Assembly (NCBI GenBank): GCA_016204045.1
Contig: JACQLQ010000004.1
Span: forward strand, 24,981-88,980
Reading direction: 5' to 3'
Origin: Parcubacteria group bacterium
Lineage (GTDB): Bacteria > Patescibacteriota > Minisyncoccia > Phycocordibacterales > UBA2135
DNA length: 64,000 bases
The position numbers and the translations under genes are program-made. Below, piece after piece: positions 48,891 through 59,893 of the stretch. Position 1 is the first letter of the stretch; every line of letters begins with the position of its first letter. A model generated the notes under the pieces. It was not told where the DNA came from. It saw nothing but the letters and a program-made list of their open reading frames with translations, and searched no databases.

Positions 48891-49337
48891 ATGTGTGCTG
48901 CGGGGTTTCGCACGATGTCTGAAATCGAAGCGTATGATGGCGACGTATTTGAAGTCGGCGTACCGCCCCATGAAAAGACTGAGACCATCATTATTTACCT
49001 CGGAATGCTCTCGCGATTCAAAAAGCTTAAGCGGGTGCAGTCGTTGCCCCGAAGCGCAATAATGCGGGCAGCCGCAGAGTTCAGGAAGAAACTGCCGCTT
49101 GATAGCCAATTTTCAGAGGAGGCACTTCATCAAATGGGTTCGGAGGTGATGGGGACTGCCCTAGAGCTTTTGAGCCATGAAGACGACATCAAACCGGAAG
49201 AGGCGGTTGAGGCTAAGCCGGATCCCACCTATCTCATCAGGCTACTCGACAATGAAGAGGCTATCGCAGATGTGCTTCTCGCAGCCGTAGAGATGACTCA
49301 AGTAACTAAGATTAAAACGGAGAAGGGAGCAGAGTAG
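48891..49337 (+). CDS. Hypothetical protein
   Basis: ORF fills the gap, followed by a bidirectional terminator at about 49340-49366; start uncertain. Confidence 0.55.
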   Translation: MCAAGFRTMSEIEAYDGDVFEVGVPPHEKTETIIIYLGMLSRFKKLKRVQSLPRSAIMRAAAEFRKKLPLDSQFSEEALHQMGSEVMGTALELLSHEDDIKPEEAVEAKPDPTYLIRLLDNEEAIADVLLAAVEMTQVTKIKTEKGAE

Positions 49338-49364
49338 ACAAAAACCGCCATGACAGCGGTTTTT

Positions 49365-50321
49365 TTAGAGTTCGTTTGTAGCCTCTTTCCCAAACGCATT
49401 CACAATGTCATCAATCTCACCCGCCATAATCCGCTCAATCCCGTGCCAGGACTCTTTGATGCGGTGGTCAGTGACACGATCCTGGGGGAAGTTGTACGTC
49501 CTGATCTTTTCCGAACGATCTGCGCGGCCGATCTGTTCTTTTCGAGTTTGTGCCATCGCTGTTGCCGCCTTTTCCTCTTCAGCTTCCGCTATTTTCGCCG
49601 CAAGAACACTCATGGCACGCTCACGGTTCTTCTGTTGGCTCCGCTCTGCGGTTGCGCGTACAACAACGCCGGAGGGTTTGTGGAGGACACGGACTGCGGT
49701 TTCTACCTTGTTCACATTCTGCCCCCCAGGGCCACCCGCCCGCGAAAAAGTCACCTCAATATCGGCTGGATTGATTTGAACATCGGACGTCTTTCGAATC
49801 GGGAGAACAGCAACCGAAGCAGTCGAGGTGTGGATACGCCCCTGTTTCTCGGTGTCCGGAATACGCTGTACGCGGTGTACGCCTGTCTCAAATTTAAGTG
49901 CGTCATATACTCCTAGCCCCTTTATTTCAAAAGACGCCTCTTTGTAACCCCCGAGTTCAGACTGTGATTCATCAATTTTCGTGAAGCTCCAACCTTTCTT
50001 CGTGGCATATCGTCCGTACATCTCTGCAAGCTCAAACGCAAAGAGCGACGCCTCGTCGCCTCCTGCGCCAGCACGCACTTCCAAAATGACCTCCCTTGGG
50101 GATGCCTCTTCTTCTTTGTCTGATGCGAGTATCTCTTCCATTTGCTTTGAGAGAGCGCTCTTCTGTCCGGCAATTCGTGTGCGTTCATCTTCGGCCAATT
50201 CCTTCATGGACGGATCGTCTTCCGCCATGTGGACGAGGTTTGCCTCTTCCTCATCGAGCTTTTCGTACATCTCTGCGAGATATCGGGTTTTTTGGTTTTT
50301 CTTGTATCCTTCAAGATCCAT
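49365..50321 (-). CDS. prfA: Peptide chain release factor 1 (short N-terminus)
   Basis: [16 protein letters not shown] (PxT), [25 protein letters not shown]. Confidence 0.95.
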   Translation of the reverse strand: MDLEGYKKNQKTRYLAEMYEKLDEEEANLVHMAEDDPSMKELAEDERTRIAGQKSALSKQMEEILASDKEEEASPREVILEVRAGAGGDEASLFAFELAEMYGRYATKKGWSFTKIDESQSELGGYKEASFEIKGLGVYDALKFETGVHRVQRIPDTEKQGRIHTSTASVAVLPIRKTSDVQINPADIEVTFSRAGGPGGQNVNKVETAVRVLHKPSGVVVRATAERSQQKNRERAMSVLAAKIAEAEEEKAATAMAQTRKEQIGRADRSEKIRTYNFPQDRVTDHRIKESWHGIERIMAGEIDDIVNAFGKEATNEL

Positions 50322-50323
50322 AA

Positions 50324-51283
50324 TTAATAAGTAGATAGTATCTCCATTACTTCGTCAAACTCCTTACCGACACTTTGCGAATCAAGCTCCCCCTTTCTCG
50401 CGTGCGTCCAAAGTCCCCAGATGAGGTTCGAGACGGCGCGCTCTTTCATGCGCTCCCCAACAAGCGTCTCAAACTCTTCGCGCGGCATTTTTATTGGATA
50501 TGCCTCAAGCATTTTTCCTTTTATGACTTCGAAATCGTTCCTACTCTTAATCGACGTGAGGAACACAGCGAGCATAAAAGCGGGGTCGCCGTATGAGACC
50601 TGCTCCCAATTAAGAAAACGGAAACCGTCAGAGGTTTTCAGGAGGTGTCCAATATGCGCGCTTTCAAAGATAAACGTCTCTCCATAATTGTTTATTGTTT
50701 TCTCCAGGCGTGGTTCAAACGCATCAAGCATTCTCTCTGCTTGCGGCAACAATTCATCCGCAATACGTGTACTCCACACCGCTGCCCGCGATTCCTCTGC
50801 GGCGACGAGAAGTCGCGCTTTCCACGTTTTGCGATTTCTCTCGTAGCTCTTCATCGGTTCCTCAAAAAATGCGGCGCCCTTTTTAACTGGGATGCGGGCA
50901 ATGTTCGAGAAGAACCGCGCGATTGATGCCGCATCGTCATAGATATTGCCGATACTTTCCCCTTTCACATACTCCTCGAGAAGCGCGCTTTCTCCAAAGA
51001 AGTCACCGGTCGAGTAGAGCGGCCGAGGAGCGACGGTGTACGGCTCGACATACGTGAGCACTTCATATTCAGTCCTAGTACCACGTTTCTGGTCACCCCA
51101 TTCCGGACCCTTGAAACGGAGCACCATCCGCTCCACCCCCACTTCAAGCAAAAAGTTGAAGTGTCCCGAATAGGGCTTGGGGTCGATGTCCGTAATACGA
51201 AACTCACCTTTTGCAAATGAACCCAGAGGGTCGTTTGAGCGGAGCCATTTGGATATCTCTTCAATACTAGGGGCCTTCTGCAT
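50324..51283 (-). CDS. APH/choline-kinase-fold protein with degenerate catalytic motifs
   Basis: MVLRF, EYEVL..V....[24 protein letters not shown]. Confidence 0.7.
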   Translation of the reverse strand: MQKAPSIEEISKWLRSNDPLGSFAKGEFRITDIDPKPYSGHFNFLLEVGVERMVLRFKGPEWGDQKRGTRTEYEVLTYVEPYTVAPRPLYSTGDFFGESALLEEYVKGESIGNIYDDAASIARFFSNIARIPVKKGAAFFEEPMKSYERNRKTWKARLLVAAEESRAAVWSTRIADELLPQAERMLDAFEPRLEKTINNYGETFIFESAHIGHLLKTSDGFRFLNWEQVSYGDPAFMLAVFLTSIKSRNDFEVIKGKMLEAYPIKMPREEFETLVGERMKERAVSNLIWGLWTHARKGELDSQSVGKEFDEVMEILSTY

Positions 51284-51395
51284 TCTCTGATTGTACCAAT
51301 CCCGTTAGAAGTAGGGAATCATGAACATCTTAATTGCAACCAACTTTTGATTCCCGCGACTTCTAATGGGATAACAAAAACCGCGAGGGTTGGTC

Positions 51396-51650
51396 CTACG
51401 CGGCTTTTGTCTTCTTTGCTTTTGGTTTGGTTGTCTGCTTCTTTTCCTCTGCAGAGCGTCTCTTTGCCCTGAACTTTTCTACACGGCCGGCGGTGTCGAG
51501 AATCTTCTCTTGGCCGGTATAAAACGGGTGACATTCCGAGCAAATTTCGACATCAATCTTTTCCTTGGTTGAGCCCACTGCGAAAGAGTTACCGCAAACG
51601 CAGGTTGCTTTGGCACCAGGATAATATTGGGGGTGAATTTCCTTCTTCAT
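51396..51650 (-). CDS. rpmE: 50S ribosomal protein L31
   Basis: [29 protein letters not shown]. Confidence 0.97.
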   Translation of the reverse strand: MKKEIHPQYYPGAKATCVCGNSFAVGSTKEKIDVEICSECHPFYTGQEKILDTAGRVEKFRAKRRSAEEKKQTTKPKAKKTKAA

Positions 51651-51687
51651 AGTAGATATTATGATATACCAGATGCTAGTTATTTTT

Positions 51688-53019
51688 TCAAGACCCCGCC
51701 AAAATATCTATTTGTTTTTGGTACTTCGTCGCGAGGCCCATAACGTCATCACCGTAAAACGCATAAGCGGCTTTCTTGGCGTTGTTCCATCCGGCAAAGT
51801 AGCGGAGTGCTGCCAATCGCTCTGCGTCATATGTCCCCTTTCCGGCACCGTTGTCCTTTAAGAGAAGAGCGGCAGCAAGGAATGCGTGTTTCGGATCCCA
51901 CGGATTTGCGATTTCGACACCGGCAATAGAGGCAACTTGTTTTTCCACAAGGACCCATGTCGAAGGAATGAATTGCGCCGGACCCATTGCCCCGCCCCAT
52001 CCATACCAGGGCTTCGCGGATACGGGCATCCTGTCTGGGTCAAAGCCAAGACGTCGAGTTATCTCCTCGAAGATCGGTCTGTCACGAGTCGGGTGCATAT
52101 CGGTCTTCCAGTTTCCCGTGCCAACGTTTTCACCAAGATTAGACTCTTCGGCGATGACACCGAGAATGAGTGCTGTGCGAATGCCCGTCTTTTGAGATGC
52201 GAAGTTGGCAAGTTCGAGTGCCCGTTCAAAGGGAATTGCGTCCGAACCACGGAGTTGGAAGAGTTCGCTTCGGATTACGGCCGCATCCCTCTCTGTTGCC
52301 GCGACAACGCGGGCATATATCTCCTCATGCCCTTTAGTTATGTCGAGAAGGCGCTTCTTCTCCGCCTTACCCTCAACGATACGACGCTTCTGCAGTTCCT
52401 GGATTTGCCGGAGCTCTTGCTCTTCGGTGCGCTTTTCGGCGAGGGTATCGCGTTCGCGCTTGGTTGTTTGTTTGGTAGATTCTATTTCCTGAAAGGAGGC
52501 GTGGAGGGAGCGATTAATCGAAGCAAACGCGTCAAGGTCATGGAAAAAATCGGAAACATTTTGGTTTGCAAAGACCACTTCAACCACGGTCACCGAATCG
52601 AGTTCGTGAGTCTTCCTGATAAGTTCGGCGAGCGAGTCCTTTTCGCGTTCTAACTTGGCAGACAAATCCCCTATCGTTGCTTCCTTGCCATTGATGTCGC
52701 TCGAGAGACGGCGAATTACGAGATCTCGTTGCCGTATGGAAAGCTCGGCGGCCTCAATCTGCGCATCCAAAATGGCAACATCTCGTTCGAGAGAAACGGT
52801 CTTGCGTTGTTGTTCTCGCAAGATCTCGCGCTGGCGCTCAATCTCTGCTTCGAGCTTCACGAGCTCGCTCTCTAGTTCCGCTCTGCGCTCGAGGACGTCC
52901 GCCCCTGTTGCTTGCCCCAATACGGGCAAAGCCCACCCTGCGGTGAGCACAACAATAAATGACGAGACTATAAGTTTGGAGAAAGGAGACAATGTTACCA
53001 TTGTACCACACCGTAACAC
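51688..53019 (-). CDS. Coiled-coil lytic murein transglycosylase (MltB/SLT_2-like)
   Basis: Signal peptide, coiled coil, [19 protein letters not shown]. Confidence 0.85.
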   Translation of the reverse strand: MLRCGTMVTLSPFSKLIVSSFIVVLTAGWALPVLGQATGADVLERRAELESELVKLEAEIERQREILREQQRKTVSLERDVAILDAQIEAAELSIRQRDLVIRRLSSDINGKEATIGDLSAKLEREKDSLAELIRKTHELDSVTVVEVVFANQNVSDFFHDLDAFASINRSLHASFQEIESTKQTTKRERDTLAEKRTEEQELRQIQELQKRRIVEGKAEKKRLLDITKGHEEIYARVVAATERDAAVIRSELFQLRGSDAIPFERALELANFASQKTGIRTALILGVIAEESNLGENVGTGNWKTDMHPTRDRPIFEEITRRLGFDPDRMPVSAKPWYGWGGAMGPAQFIPSTWVLVEKQVASIAGVEIANPWDPKHAFLAAALLLKDNGAGKGTYDAERLAALRYFAGWNNAKKAAYAFYGDDVMGLATKYQKQIDILAGS

Positions 53020-53024
53020 TGCTA

Positions 53025-53705
53025 TTATTTCTTCTCTTGCTTCTTTTCTTTAGGAGCTTCTTCGCCGGGGATTTCCTCCTCTTCTTTCTTGCCCTTCTCT
53101 TCTACTTCAATCTTCGATGCGTCGAACTCTGCCGGTGCTACCTCTTCTTCTTTCGCCACGGCAATTGCGGCAATAATCTCTTCAGGGCCTGTCACAAGCT
53201 CAATACCGGCCGGCAATGCGATATCTCTTGCGGCAATACGGCTTTCAAGTGTTGCGAGTGGAGCAATGTCGACGACAATTTCTTGCGGAAGATCTTTTGG
53301 AAGACCGCGAACTTCGAGTTCGTAGAGCACTTTAACAAGTGTGCCTCCCAACTCTTTAACGGCTACCGATTCTCCCGTAAATTCGATCGGGACCTTCACT
53401 TCAACAGCGCGGTCTGCCTCAATAGCATAAAAATCAACGTGCGTCGGCTGGCCACGTACAGGGTCGCGTGAAATATCTTGAATGAGAACATCCTTATTCC
53501 CTCCGTCATTGAATACGAGGCGGATAATCGAAGACTCGCCGTCCATGTTCAACACGCGCCCAAAGTCGGTTGCTTCTATAAAGACAGGGGTGGACTTCTC
53601 TTTGCGTCCGTAAAAAACAGCCGGGATTTTACCCGTTTTTCGAAGTTTATTGACCTTTCTGCCGAGAATATCGCGCTTTTCGGCCTTGAGTTCTAGCGTT
53701 TGCAT
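53025..53705 (-). CDS. rplY: 50S ribosomal protein L25/Ctc
   Basis: LRK.GKIPAVFYG, HVDFY, LPKDLP. Confidence 0.95.
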   Translation of the reverse strand: MQTLELKAEKRDILGRKVNKLRKTGKIPAVFYGRKEKSTPVFIEATDFGRVLNMDGESSIIRLVFNDGGNKDVLIQDISRDPVRGQPTHVDFYAIEADRAVEVKVPIEFTGESVAVKELGGTLVKVLYELEVRGLPKDLPQEIVVDIAPLATLESRIAARDIALPAGIELVTGPEEIIAAIAVAKEEEVAPAEFDASKIEVEEKGKKEEEEIPGEEAPKEKKQEKK

Positions 53706-53763
53706 GTTCTCTACTATACCTCCCTTCCGATAAAAAGCAACCCCTACAAGCTATTCTGTTCCC

Positions 53764-54735
53764 CTACCCCTTAATGGCGGTGGGTGCTTCTCCTCCTTCG
53801 AGTACCGCGATAATGTTCTTTGCGGCAAGTTCTGCCATTGCTGCGCGAGTTTCTTCCGTACCCGAAGCAATGTGCGGTGTGATGATGACATTGGCAAGCC
53901 CCGCGAGACCGGGTGCAAGCGCGGGTTCGTTCTCAAAGACATCGAGAGCGGCGCCACGAATGGTCTTGTTACGAAGCGCTTCGACGAGCGCTACCTCGTC
54001 CACAACTGGCCCGCGTGAGGTGTTCACGAGATATGCAGTGGACTTCATTTGCGAGAAACGCTCTGTGTTAATGAGATGTCGTGTGGATGGAAGAAGCGGC
54101 ACATGAATGGAGACAAAATCCGCCTCTGCCAAAAGATCTTCGAGTTTCTCCCTGTACTCCGCCCCCGCCTCTTTCTCGATATCTGCGTTTGGTTTTACAT
54201 CGGTATAGATGATTTTCATGTCAAAACCGCGTGCGCCATGATACGCAACCCGCGCGCCAATGCGCCCCGCACCGACAATACCCAATGTCTTTCCGAAGAG
54301 ATCGTTCCCAAGGAGTAATTCCGGAGCCCACTCTTTGTATTTCCCCTCCCTGGTAAAGCCATCTGCCTCGACAATGCGGTGAGCAATGGCGAGCATGAGT
54401 GCGAAGGTGTGTTCCGCAACAGTATTCGTCAAAACACCCGGTGTGTTTGAGACGATAACGCTACGCTCCTTTACTGCGGCAAGGTCAATGTTATCAAAAC
54501 CAACAGCATAGTTCGCAAAAATCTTTACCGTTGGTGCCGCGTCAAGCGCTTCTCCGTCTATACGGTCGAGCAGTGTGCATAGCACCGCATCATACTCTTT
54601 ACCTCGGAGGACACCCAAAAACTCCTCTCTTGTGAGAGCGCCATTTTTGGGAGATACATCCACTTCATAGCCCTTTTCCTGAAGCATTCGCACCCCAGCG
54701 CCTGGAATTTTCCTTGTTATATAGATACGCGGCAT
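53764..54735 (-). CDS. D-glycerate dehydrogenase / glyoxylate reductase
   Basis: AVGFDNID, NTPGVL, GAGRIG, NTSRG, LDVFENEP, TPHIAS. Confidence 0.92.
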   Translation of the reverse strand: MPRIYITRKIPGAGVRMLQEKGYEVDVSPKNGALTREEFLGVLRGKEYDAVLCTLLDRIDGEALDAAPTVKIFANYAVGFDNIDLAAVKERSVIVSNTPGVLTNTVAEHTFALMLAIAHRIVEADGFTREGKYKEWAPELLLGNDLFGKTLGIVGAGRIGARVAYHGARGFDMKIIYTDVKPNADIEKEAGAEYREKLEDLLAEADFVSIHVPLLPSTRHLINTERFSQMKSTAYLVNTSRGPVVDEVALVEALRNKTIRGAALDVFENEPALAPGLAGLANVIITPHIASGTEETRAAMAELAAKNIIAVLEGGEAPTAIKG

Positions 54736-54816
54736 AGAGAAGTCACAATTCTGATAATCGTAATACACGTATTCTATCACATGCGGATGCGCCTGTGATA
54801 CAATGGAGGGACACAT

Positions 54817-55812
54817 ATGGCAAAAGAATTTGATTTCGTCGCAATTGGCGACATAACGACCGACGCATTTATCCGCCTCTCCGGAGATGACGCGACGGTC
54901 GAGACAAAAGACGGGAAGATGAAGAGGATTTGCCTTATCTTTGGTGACAAAATTGAATATGATGATCTCGTTGAAGTCGCAGCAGTTGGGAACAGTCCCA
55001 ATGCGGCTGTCTCTGCAAAGAGGCTAGGTCTCTCTTCTGCAATCGCCACGAACATGGGCGACGACTACCATGGCGAAACCCAACTTGCTCAACTAAAAAA
55101 GGAGGGGGTTGCAACAGATTTTGTGCGGATACACAAAGGAACGGAGAGCAATTACCATTTCGTGCTCTGGTACGGAGCAGAGCGCACTATCTTGGTAAAG
55201 CACCACCAGTATCCTTATCTGCTACCAGACATCGGAACTCCACAATGGGTGTACCTCTCTTCCTTGGGAGAACACTCCCTCCCCTTTCACGAAGCAATCG
55301 CCGCATACATTAAGGACCACCCATCAACAAAACTCACCTTCCAGCCCGGCACATTCCAGATTCGCTTGGGCTACGAAGCGCTCAAAAATATTTACGCCGT
55401 TACCGAACTTTTTTTCTGCAATCTGGAAGAGTCGCAGCGTATTTTGAAGACGGAAGAGAAGGACATTAAGAAACTCCTCTCCAGGGTACGTGAACTTGGA
55501 CCAAGGATCGTCGTCATAACCGACGGACCGAACGGTGCCTACACATACGACGGCGAAGAGGTGTGGTATATCCCGATGTACCCTGATCCAAAACCCCCGG
55601 TAAACAGAACTGGCGCTGGTGACGCATTCGCTTCTACCTTTACCTCCCTTCTCGCGCTCGGCAAATCTGTGCCCGACGCGCTCAAACTCGCTCCCATCAA
55701 CTCAATGTCGGTCGTGCAATTCATCGGCGCGCAAAAAGGCCTCCTCTCCTTAGACGAGCTTGAAGCATGGTTTGCAAAAGCACCGGAAGGATACGCGCCA
55801 ACTAAACTTTAG
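54817..55812 (+). CDS. PfkB family carbohydrate kinase
   Basis: GNSPNAAV..RLG, ITDGPNG, RTGAGDAF. Confidence 0.9.
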   Translation: MAKEFDFVAIGDITTDAFIRLSGDDATVETKDGKMKRICLIFGDKIEYDDLVEVAAVGNSPNAAVSAKRLGLSSAIATNMGDDYHGETQLAQLKKEGVATDFVRIHKGTESNYHFVLWYGAERTILVKHHQYPYLLPDIGTPQWVYLSSLGEHSLPFHEAIAAYIKDHPSTKLTFQPGTFQIRLGYEALKNIYAVTELFFCNLEESQRILKTEEKDIKKLLSRVRELGPRIVVITDGPNGAYTYDGEEVWYIPMYPDPKPPVNRTGAGDAFASTFTSLLALGKSVPDALKLAPINSMSVVQFIGAQKGLLSLDELEAWFAKAPEGYAPTKL

Positions 55813-55870
55813 GATTGAGTTGGAAAAACCCGCTCCGACTATTGCCGGAGCGGGTTTTGTAGTAACCCAT

Positions 55871-56371
55871 TCACACTTGTTGGACACACGCGAGAAGACG
55901 CAAATTGTCGCCAGCGGCCTGAAGTCCCTGGTCTGCCGCGAGTTGAAAATAGTGCGCCGCCTTATTGCAGTCTTTGGGAACACTCTCCCCACGGGCGTAC
56001 ATGACACCCAAGCTGTTTTGCGCACCGGCGTAGCCCTTATCTGCGGACTGTTTATACAATCGAAAGGCCTCTTCCAGACGGTTTGCCTGCTTATACGCAC
56101 GCCCCAATTGAAACTGAAACCGTAATTCATTCGGGTAGAGTCGTACTGCTTCCTCGCATGCACGAATGGCTGGTTCGGTTCGCAATAATGCAGTGGCAAC
56201 ACCAACACCAACCTTTTGCGGATCAATCGGGTTACCAGCGAGCGTATCGCACGCATGAATCGGAGCTTTGGGGCTCGCCACAACCTGTCCTTGGGCTTGT
56301 GAAGCAACTGAGCAAAAACACATAATTGCTGTCGTGAACAACACAACGAAAAGGTGTCGTATCGGTCTCAT
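55871..56371 (-). CDS. Secreted Sel1-like repeat protein
   Basis: Signal peptide; SADKGYAGAQNSLGVMYARGESVPKD..AA.YF..AADQG. Confidence 0.85.
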   Translation of the reverse strand: MRPIRHLFVVLFTTAIMCFCSVASQAQGQVVASPKAPIHACDTLAGNPIDPQKVGVGVATALLRTEPAIRACEEAVRLYPNELRFQFQLGRAYKQANRLEEAFRLYKQSADKGYAGAQNSLGVMYARGESVPKDCNKAAHYFQLAADQGLQAAGDNLRLLACVQQV

Positions 56372-56452
56372 CGGCTTCCTCTTAAAGCCCTGCAGCTAAA
56401 AATAGTGTACGCCAGTATGGCCCCACTGCCAATAGAGGCCACCCGTTAGTTG

Positions 56453-57778
56453 TTATCGCCTCCCCCACTCATCTTCTTGTCGAACGAGAAGCTCGCGAGC
56501 ACGATTCGGTTCGGCCATAATGAGCTTCACTGCCCTTTCAAGGCGAATTCCACTCTGCGAACCCTTCACCAAAATAACATCCCCCTCCCTGAGAAACCCT
56601 CGCAGAAATTCCCCTGCTTCTGTCGCATTCCCAAAATGAAAGATGTCAGCCTTCTTCATTTTTTTCGCACGAGCCCCTTCCTCAAACCATGATGAGCGAA
56701 CACCCACCGTGACTAAGACATTGCAGATTTCCTTTGCAAGCGCGCCTATCTTTTTATGCTCTGCCGCACTTTCCTTGCCGAGTTCAAGCATATCTCCCAA
56801 AAGCGCGATCTTTCTTCCTCCGCTAGCAGGATCCGTCTCACTTGTCTTTATTCCAATCTCCTGCAGTGTCTCAAGCGCCTCGCGTGCCGCCCCGGGCGAG
56901 GAGTTGTATGAGTCGTCGATGATGAGGGAACCCTGAACTCCCCTAATCGTCCTCATCCGCCCGGGGGCCGTAGAGAGAGATGCGGATGCCTTCGCAATGT
57001 TTTTGAGTGGAATACCCAAAGCAATCCCCACCGCGGAGGCGGCGAGTACAGAATACAAAACAGGACGACCCAAAACGTTTTTTATGCTTACTTCTTCCTT
57101 GCTTCCCCCCTGCTGTATTTCAACCGTCATGCCGTTTGGCATGCCAGTTTGGTCGTAAGCAAGACGCTCTGATGTCCCCCTGATGTCGGCACTTTCCCCA
57201 AAGCCAAAAGAAAACGACGTCCCTTGATGTCCTTGGCGAAGCGCTTGCACTTCTGCATCGTCAGCATTAACGATCAAAACTCCGTCTGCTTTGAGTGCAC
57301 GCGCAAGTATTTTTTTCTCACCCACGAGGGCCTCGCGTGACGGAAAAAATTCGAGATGGACCGGGACTTCGCTAAAACGTGTGAGGACTACCACATCCGG
57401 GACGAGCCATTGTGTGACCCGACGCATGTCTCCTGGATGATCCACTCCAACTTCGAGTATAAGCCAGTCTGGGTAATGGTTCTTGAGAAGGATGAGCAGC
57501 AGCCCTTCGAAAAAAACTTTAAGCCACAAGAAAGGGCTTCCCCATGCATTTTCTGCTCCTAAGATTGTGAGCGGAACACCAATCTCTGAGTTGTAACTTT
57601 TTTTAGACCCTCGAATAAAAAAGCTTTGCTCAAGCACCGCGCGAATCGCATCTTTGGTTCCCGTCTTGCCGACGCTCCCGGTCACCGCGATAATCTTAGG
57701 CTTGTATTTCCCGAGCACCAAACGAGCCTCGAGGGTGAGGATAGAGACTACTGCTTTTTTAAGAATTTGCTTAAACAT
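56453..57778 (-). CDS. murF: UDP-MurNAc-tripeptide--D-Ala-D-Ala ligase
   Basis: VTGSVGKT, NSEIGVP, DDSYNSSP, LGDMLELG, VKGS. Confidence 0.95.
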   Translation of the reverse strand: MFKQILKKAVVSILTLEARLVLGKYKPKIIAVTGSVGKTGTKDAIRAVLEQSFFIRGSKKSYNSEIGVPLTILGAENAWGSPFLWLKVFFEGLLLILLKNHYPDWLILEVGVDHPGDMRRVTQWLVPDVVVLTRFSEVPVHLEFFPSREALVGEKKILARALKADGVLIVNADDAEVQALRQGHQGTSFSFGFGESADIRGTSERLAYDQTGMPNGMTVEIQQGGSKEEVSIKNVLGRPVLYSVLAASAVGIALGIPLKNIAKASASLSTAPGRMRTIRGVQGSLIIDDSYNSSPGAAREALETLQEIGIKTSETDPASGGRKIALLGDMLELGKESAAEHKKIGALAKEICNVLVTVGVRSSWFEEGARAKKMKKADIFHFGNATEAGEFLRGFLREGDVILVKGSQSGIRLERAVKLIMAEPNRARELLVRQEDEWGRR

Positions 57779-57817
57779 TTTGAGTGCTGGACCCTAAACC
57801 CTGGTGGCCAATGACTG

Positions 57818-59530
57818 TTAGCGGTCGGGGGGTATTTCGTAGTACTGTATCAGGAATTTAGCTGTTTCCAAAAACGGATGCGTTAATGTTTCGGAGGCAT
57901 AGCGCACTCCTTTGGGGTTCACGATGTAGTAAAAAACAAGAAACTGGGGATCAAAGGCGGGAAAGTAGCCGAAAAAAGAGTGAAGGAAACGATCTTCATA
58001 ATACCCCCCACTTGTTGCTTCCGCCATCTGTGCCGTTCCTGTTTTTGCGGCAATACTCCAGTGAGGAAGAAACACTTTCCCCCCCGCGAGCGCCTCGTCC
58101 ACAACGCGAACAAGCATGCGGGTAATCTCTTCAGAGGTCTCTTCGCTAAGCACCCGCTCTTCCCCACCATAAGAAATGTTGTACGTCCCGAATTTGTGAT
58201 TAATGCGTGAGGCCACATGAGGAGTTACCAGAACGCCTCCATTCGCAAGAGCAGAGAGCGCCCGCACCATAGCGACCGGCGAGATGGCGATACCTTGTCC
58301 GAACGATGCTGTGGCGTGTTCAATATCACGGGGACTATCTAGGTTATCGACAAGGCCATGTGTTTCATTGGGAAGATCAATGCCTGTCTCCTCCCCTAGC
58401 CCAAAAGACTTCATATACGTACTAAATCGTTCTCTGCCGAGCTGTTGCATTACATACACGGCACCAGTGTTAAGAGACTGGTTCAATACTTCTTGCATGG
58501 AGACCTCTCCGTGCGCCTTGCCATCGTGATTTTCGATACGGGCCTGGTTCATAACGACGTAGCCCTTGTCATTATATGTCTCCTTTGAAGAAACGACACC
58601 GGCATCAATGCCAGCCGCCATGGTAAGCGGCTTCATAATAGAACCGAGTTCGTAAACGTCCTCGACTAATGGATTTGAGAACACTGTGTACGAAGACACC
58701 TCACTGAAATTATTGGGGTCAAATGTCGGTCGGGCCGCCATGGCATATATTTCTCCATTTTTCGGATTGATAACGAGCGCACCACCCGAGTCAGCGTGCC
58801 ATTCGTCCACGAGGGTACTGAGTGAGTGTTCGAGAAAACGTTCGACTTCTGGTTCGAGGGTGAGCACCAAATCTCCTTCGCGCGGAGCACTCTCATAGAA
58901 AAGAGTCTCCCTTAGTCCGGCAAAGGCGTCAGCAAAAAAGTTGATACGGACTTCCTCCTCTATCCTTGAGAGCGTATCTTCGTAGTATCGTTCGACGCCA
59001 TATCTTCCGCGCAATCTCTCTCCCTCATATCCGACAAAGCCCAAGACGTGCGCCCCGAGTCCCGCGCTGGGGTAGAAGCGCCACTTTTCCTCGTACACAC
59101 CCACGCCGGTGAGTTTAAGCTCACGCACACGTAGCGCCAACTCCTCCGATATGCGCGTCTTAATTTCTTCGTACGGGTCATTTTTCTTGGCGGCTTTGAC
59201 GAGAAACACATCGAGATTAAGTCCGGGAATGACGGAGGAGAGTTCTTGGAATACCTGTACGGGTTCGCCTAACTCTTTGGGATTTATCGCGAGAGTGAAT
59301 CCGCGCGCAAGGGTGGCCGCCGAGAACAGTGTGCCGTCTTTTCTTGTGAAGTAGATGGATCCGCGCGCAAAAGCATCGGCAACAGGAGAGACATATTGCG
59401 CATGGGCACGTTCAGTATATTCCTCGCCATAGATAATTTGAATTAAAAAAAGCTTCCCCAAAAGTAGGAATGCGAGCAGACAAGCAAAGATATAAATGAG
59501 ATTAATTCGGGTCGCGGGTGCTGTTATCAT
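57818..59530 (-). CDS. ftsI: Class B penicillin-binding protein (FtsI/PBP3)
   Basis: YELGSIMK, SLN, KTGTAQ; position in the dcw cluster. Confidence 0.9.
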   Translation of the reverse strand: MITAPATRINLIYIFACLLAFLLLGKLFLIQIIYGEEYTERAHAQYVSPVADAFARGSIYFTRKDGTLFSAATLARGFTLAINPKELGEPVQVFQELSSVIPGLNLDVFLVKAAKKNDPYEEIKTRISEELALRVRELKLTGVGVYEEKWRFYPSAGLGAHVLGFVGYEGERLRGRYGVERYYEDTLSRIEEEVRINFFADAFAGLRETLFYESAPREGDLVLTLEPEVERFLEHSLSTLVDEWHADSGGALVINPKNGEIYAMAARPTFDPNNFSEVSSYTVFSNPLVEDVYELGSIMKPLTMAAGIDAGVVSSKETYNDKGYVVMNQARIENHDGKAHGEVSMQEVLNQSLNTGAVYVMQQLGRERFSTYMKSFGLGEETGIDLPNETHGLVDNLDSPRDIEHATASFGQGIAISPVAMVRALSALANGGVLVTPHVASRINHKFGTYNISYGGEERVLSEETSEEITRMLVRVVDEALAGGKVFLPHWSIAAKTGTAQMAEATSGGYYEDRFLHSFFGYFPAFDPQFLVFYYIVNPKGVRYASETLTHPFLETAKFLIQYYEIPPDR

Positions 59531-59578
59531 ATGAATCACCTTCCAAAACGACAAGAGTACACCCACCCTAGGAAGCTA

Positions 59579-59893
59579 CTATTCCCCTCCCAAAGTAAGA
59601 CCCACAAGCTGTCGTTCGGTGACGAAGACTTTAGTAGTTGGTTCTACGAAGCCGAGCGTGCGCGCTGTATCCTGATGTAAGGTATTTTTGAGCGTATTAT
59701 ACTCCTTTTCGAGCCCCGCCAACAGGGCTTGACGCTCATCAATCGTATCTTTGACTACCTTGTATTCCACCAGCGCAAACGTGCGCGCGTTGACCAAAAA
59801 TGCATACGACACGACGACGAGTGCGCATGAAAAGAGAAGCACCCAGAAGAGCCGTTTCTCAAATGTATTTACTTGTCGTGTGAAATTAAGCAT
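59579..59893 (-). CDS. FtsL-like cell division protein
   Basis: TM helix plus coiled coil, ARTLGFV, between rsmH and ftsI. Confidence 0.7.
   Translation of the reverse strand: MLNFTRQVNTFEKRLFWVLLFSCALVVVSYAFLVNARTFALVEYKVVKDTIDERQALLAGLEKEYNTLKNTLHQDTARTLGFVEPTTKVFVTERQLVGLTLGGE

Noticed and set aside
30683-50321. Short AspRS, L13 and RF1 as pseudogenes
   Set aside because: Catalytic motifs and reading frames are intact; compact forms are expected in reduced CPR genomes.
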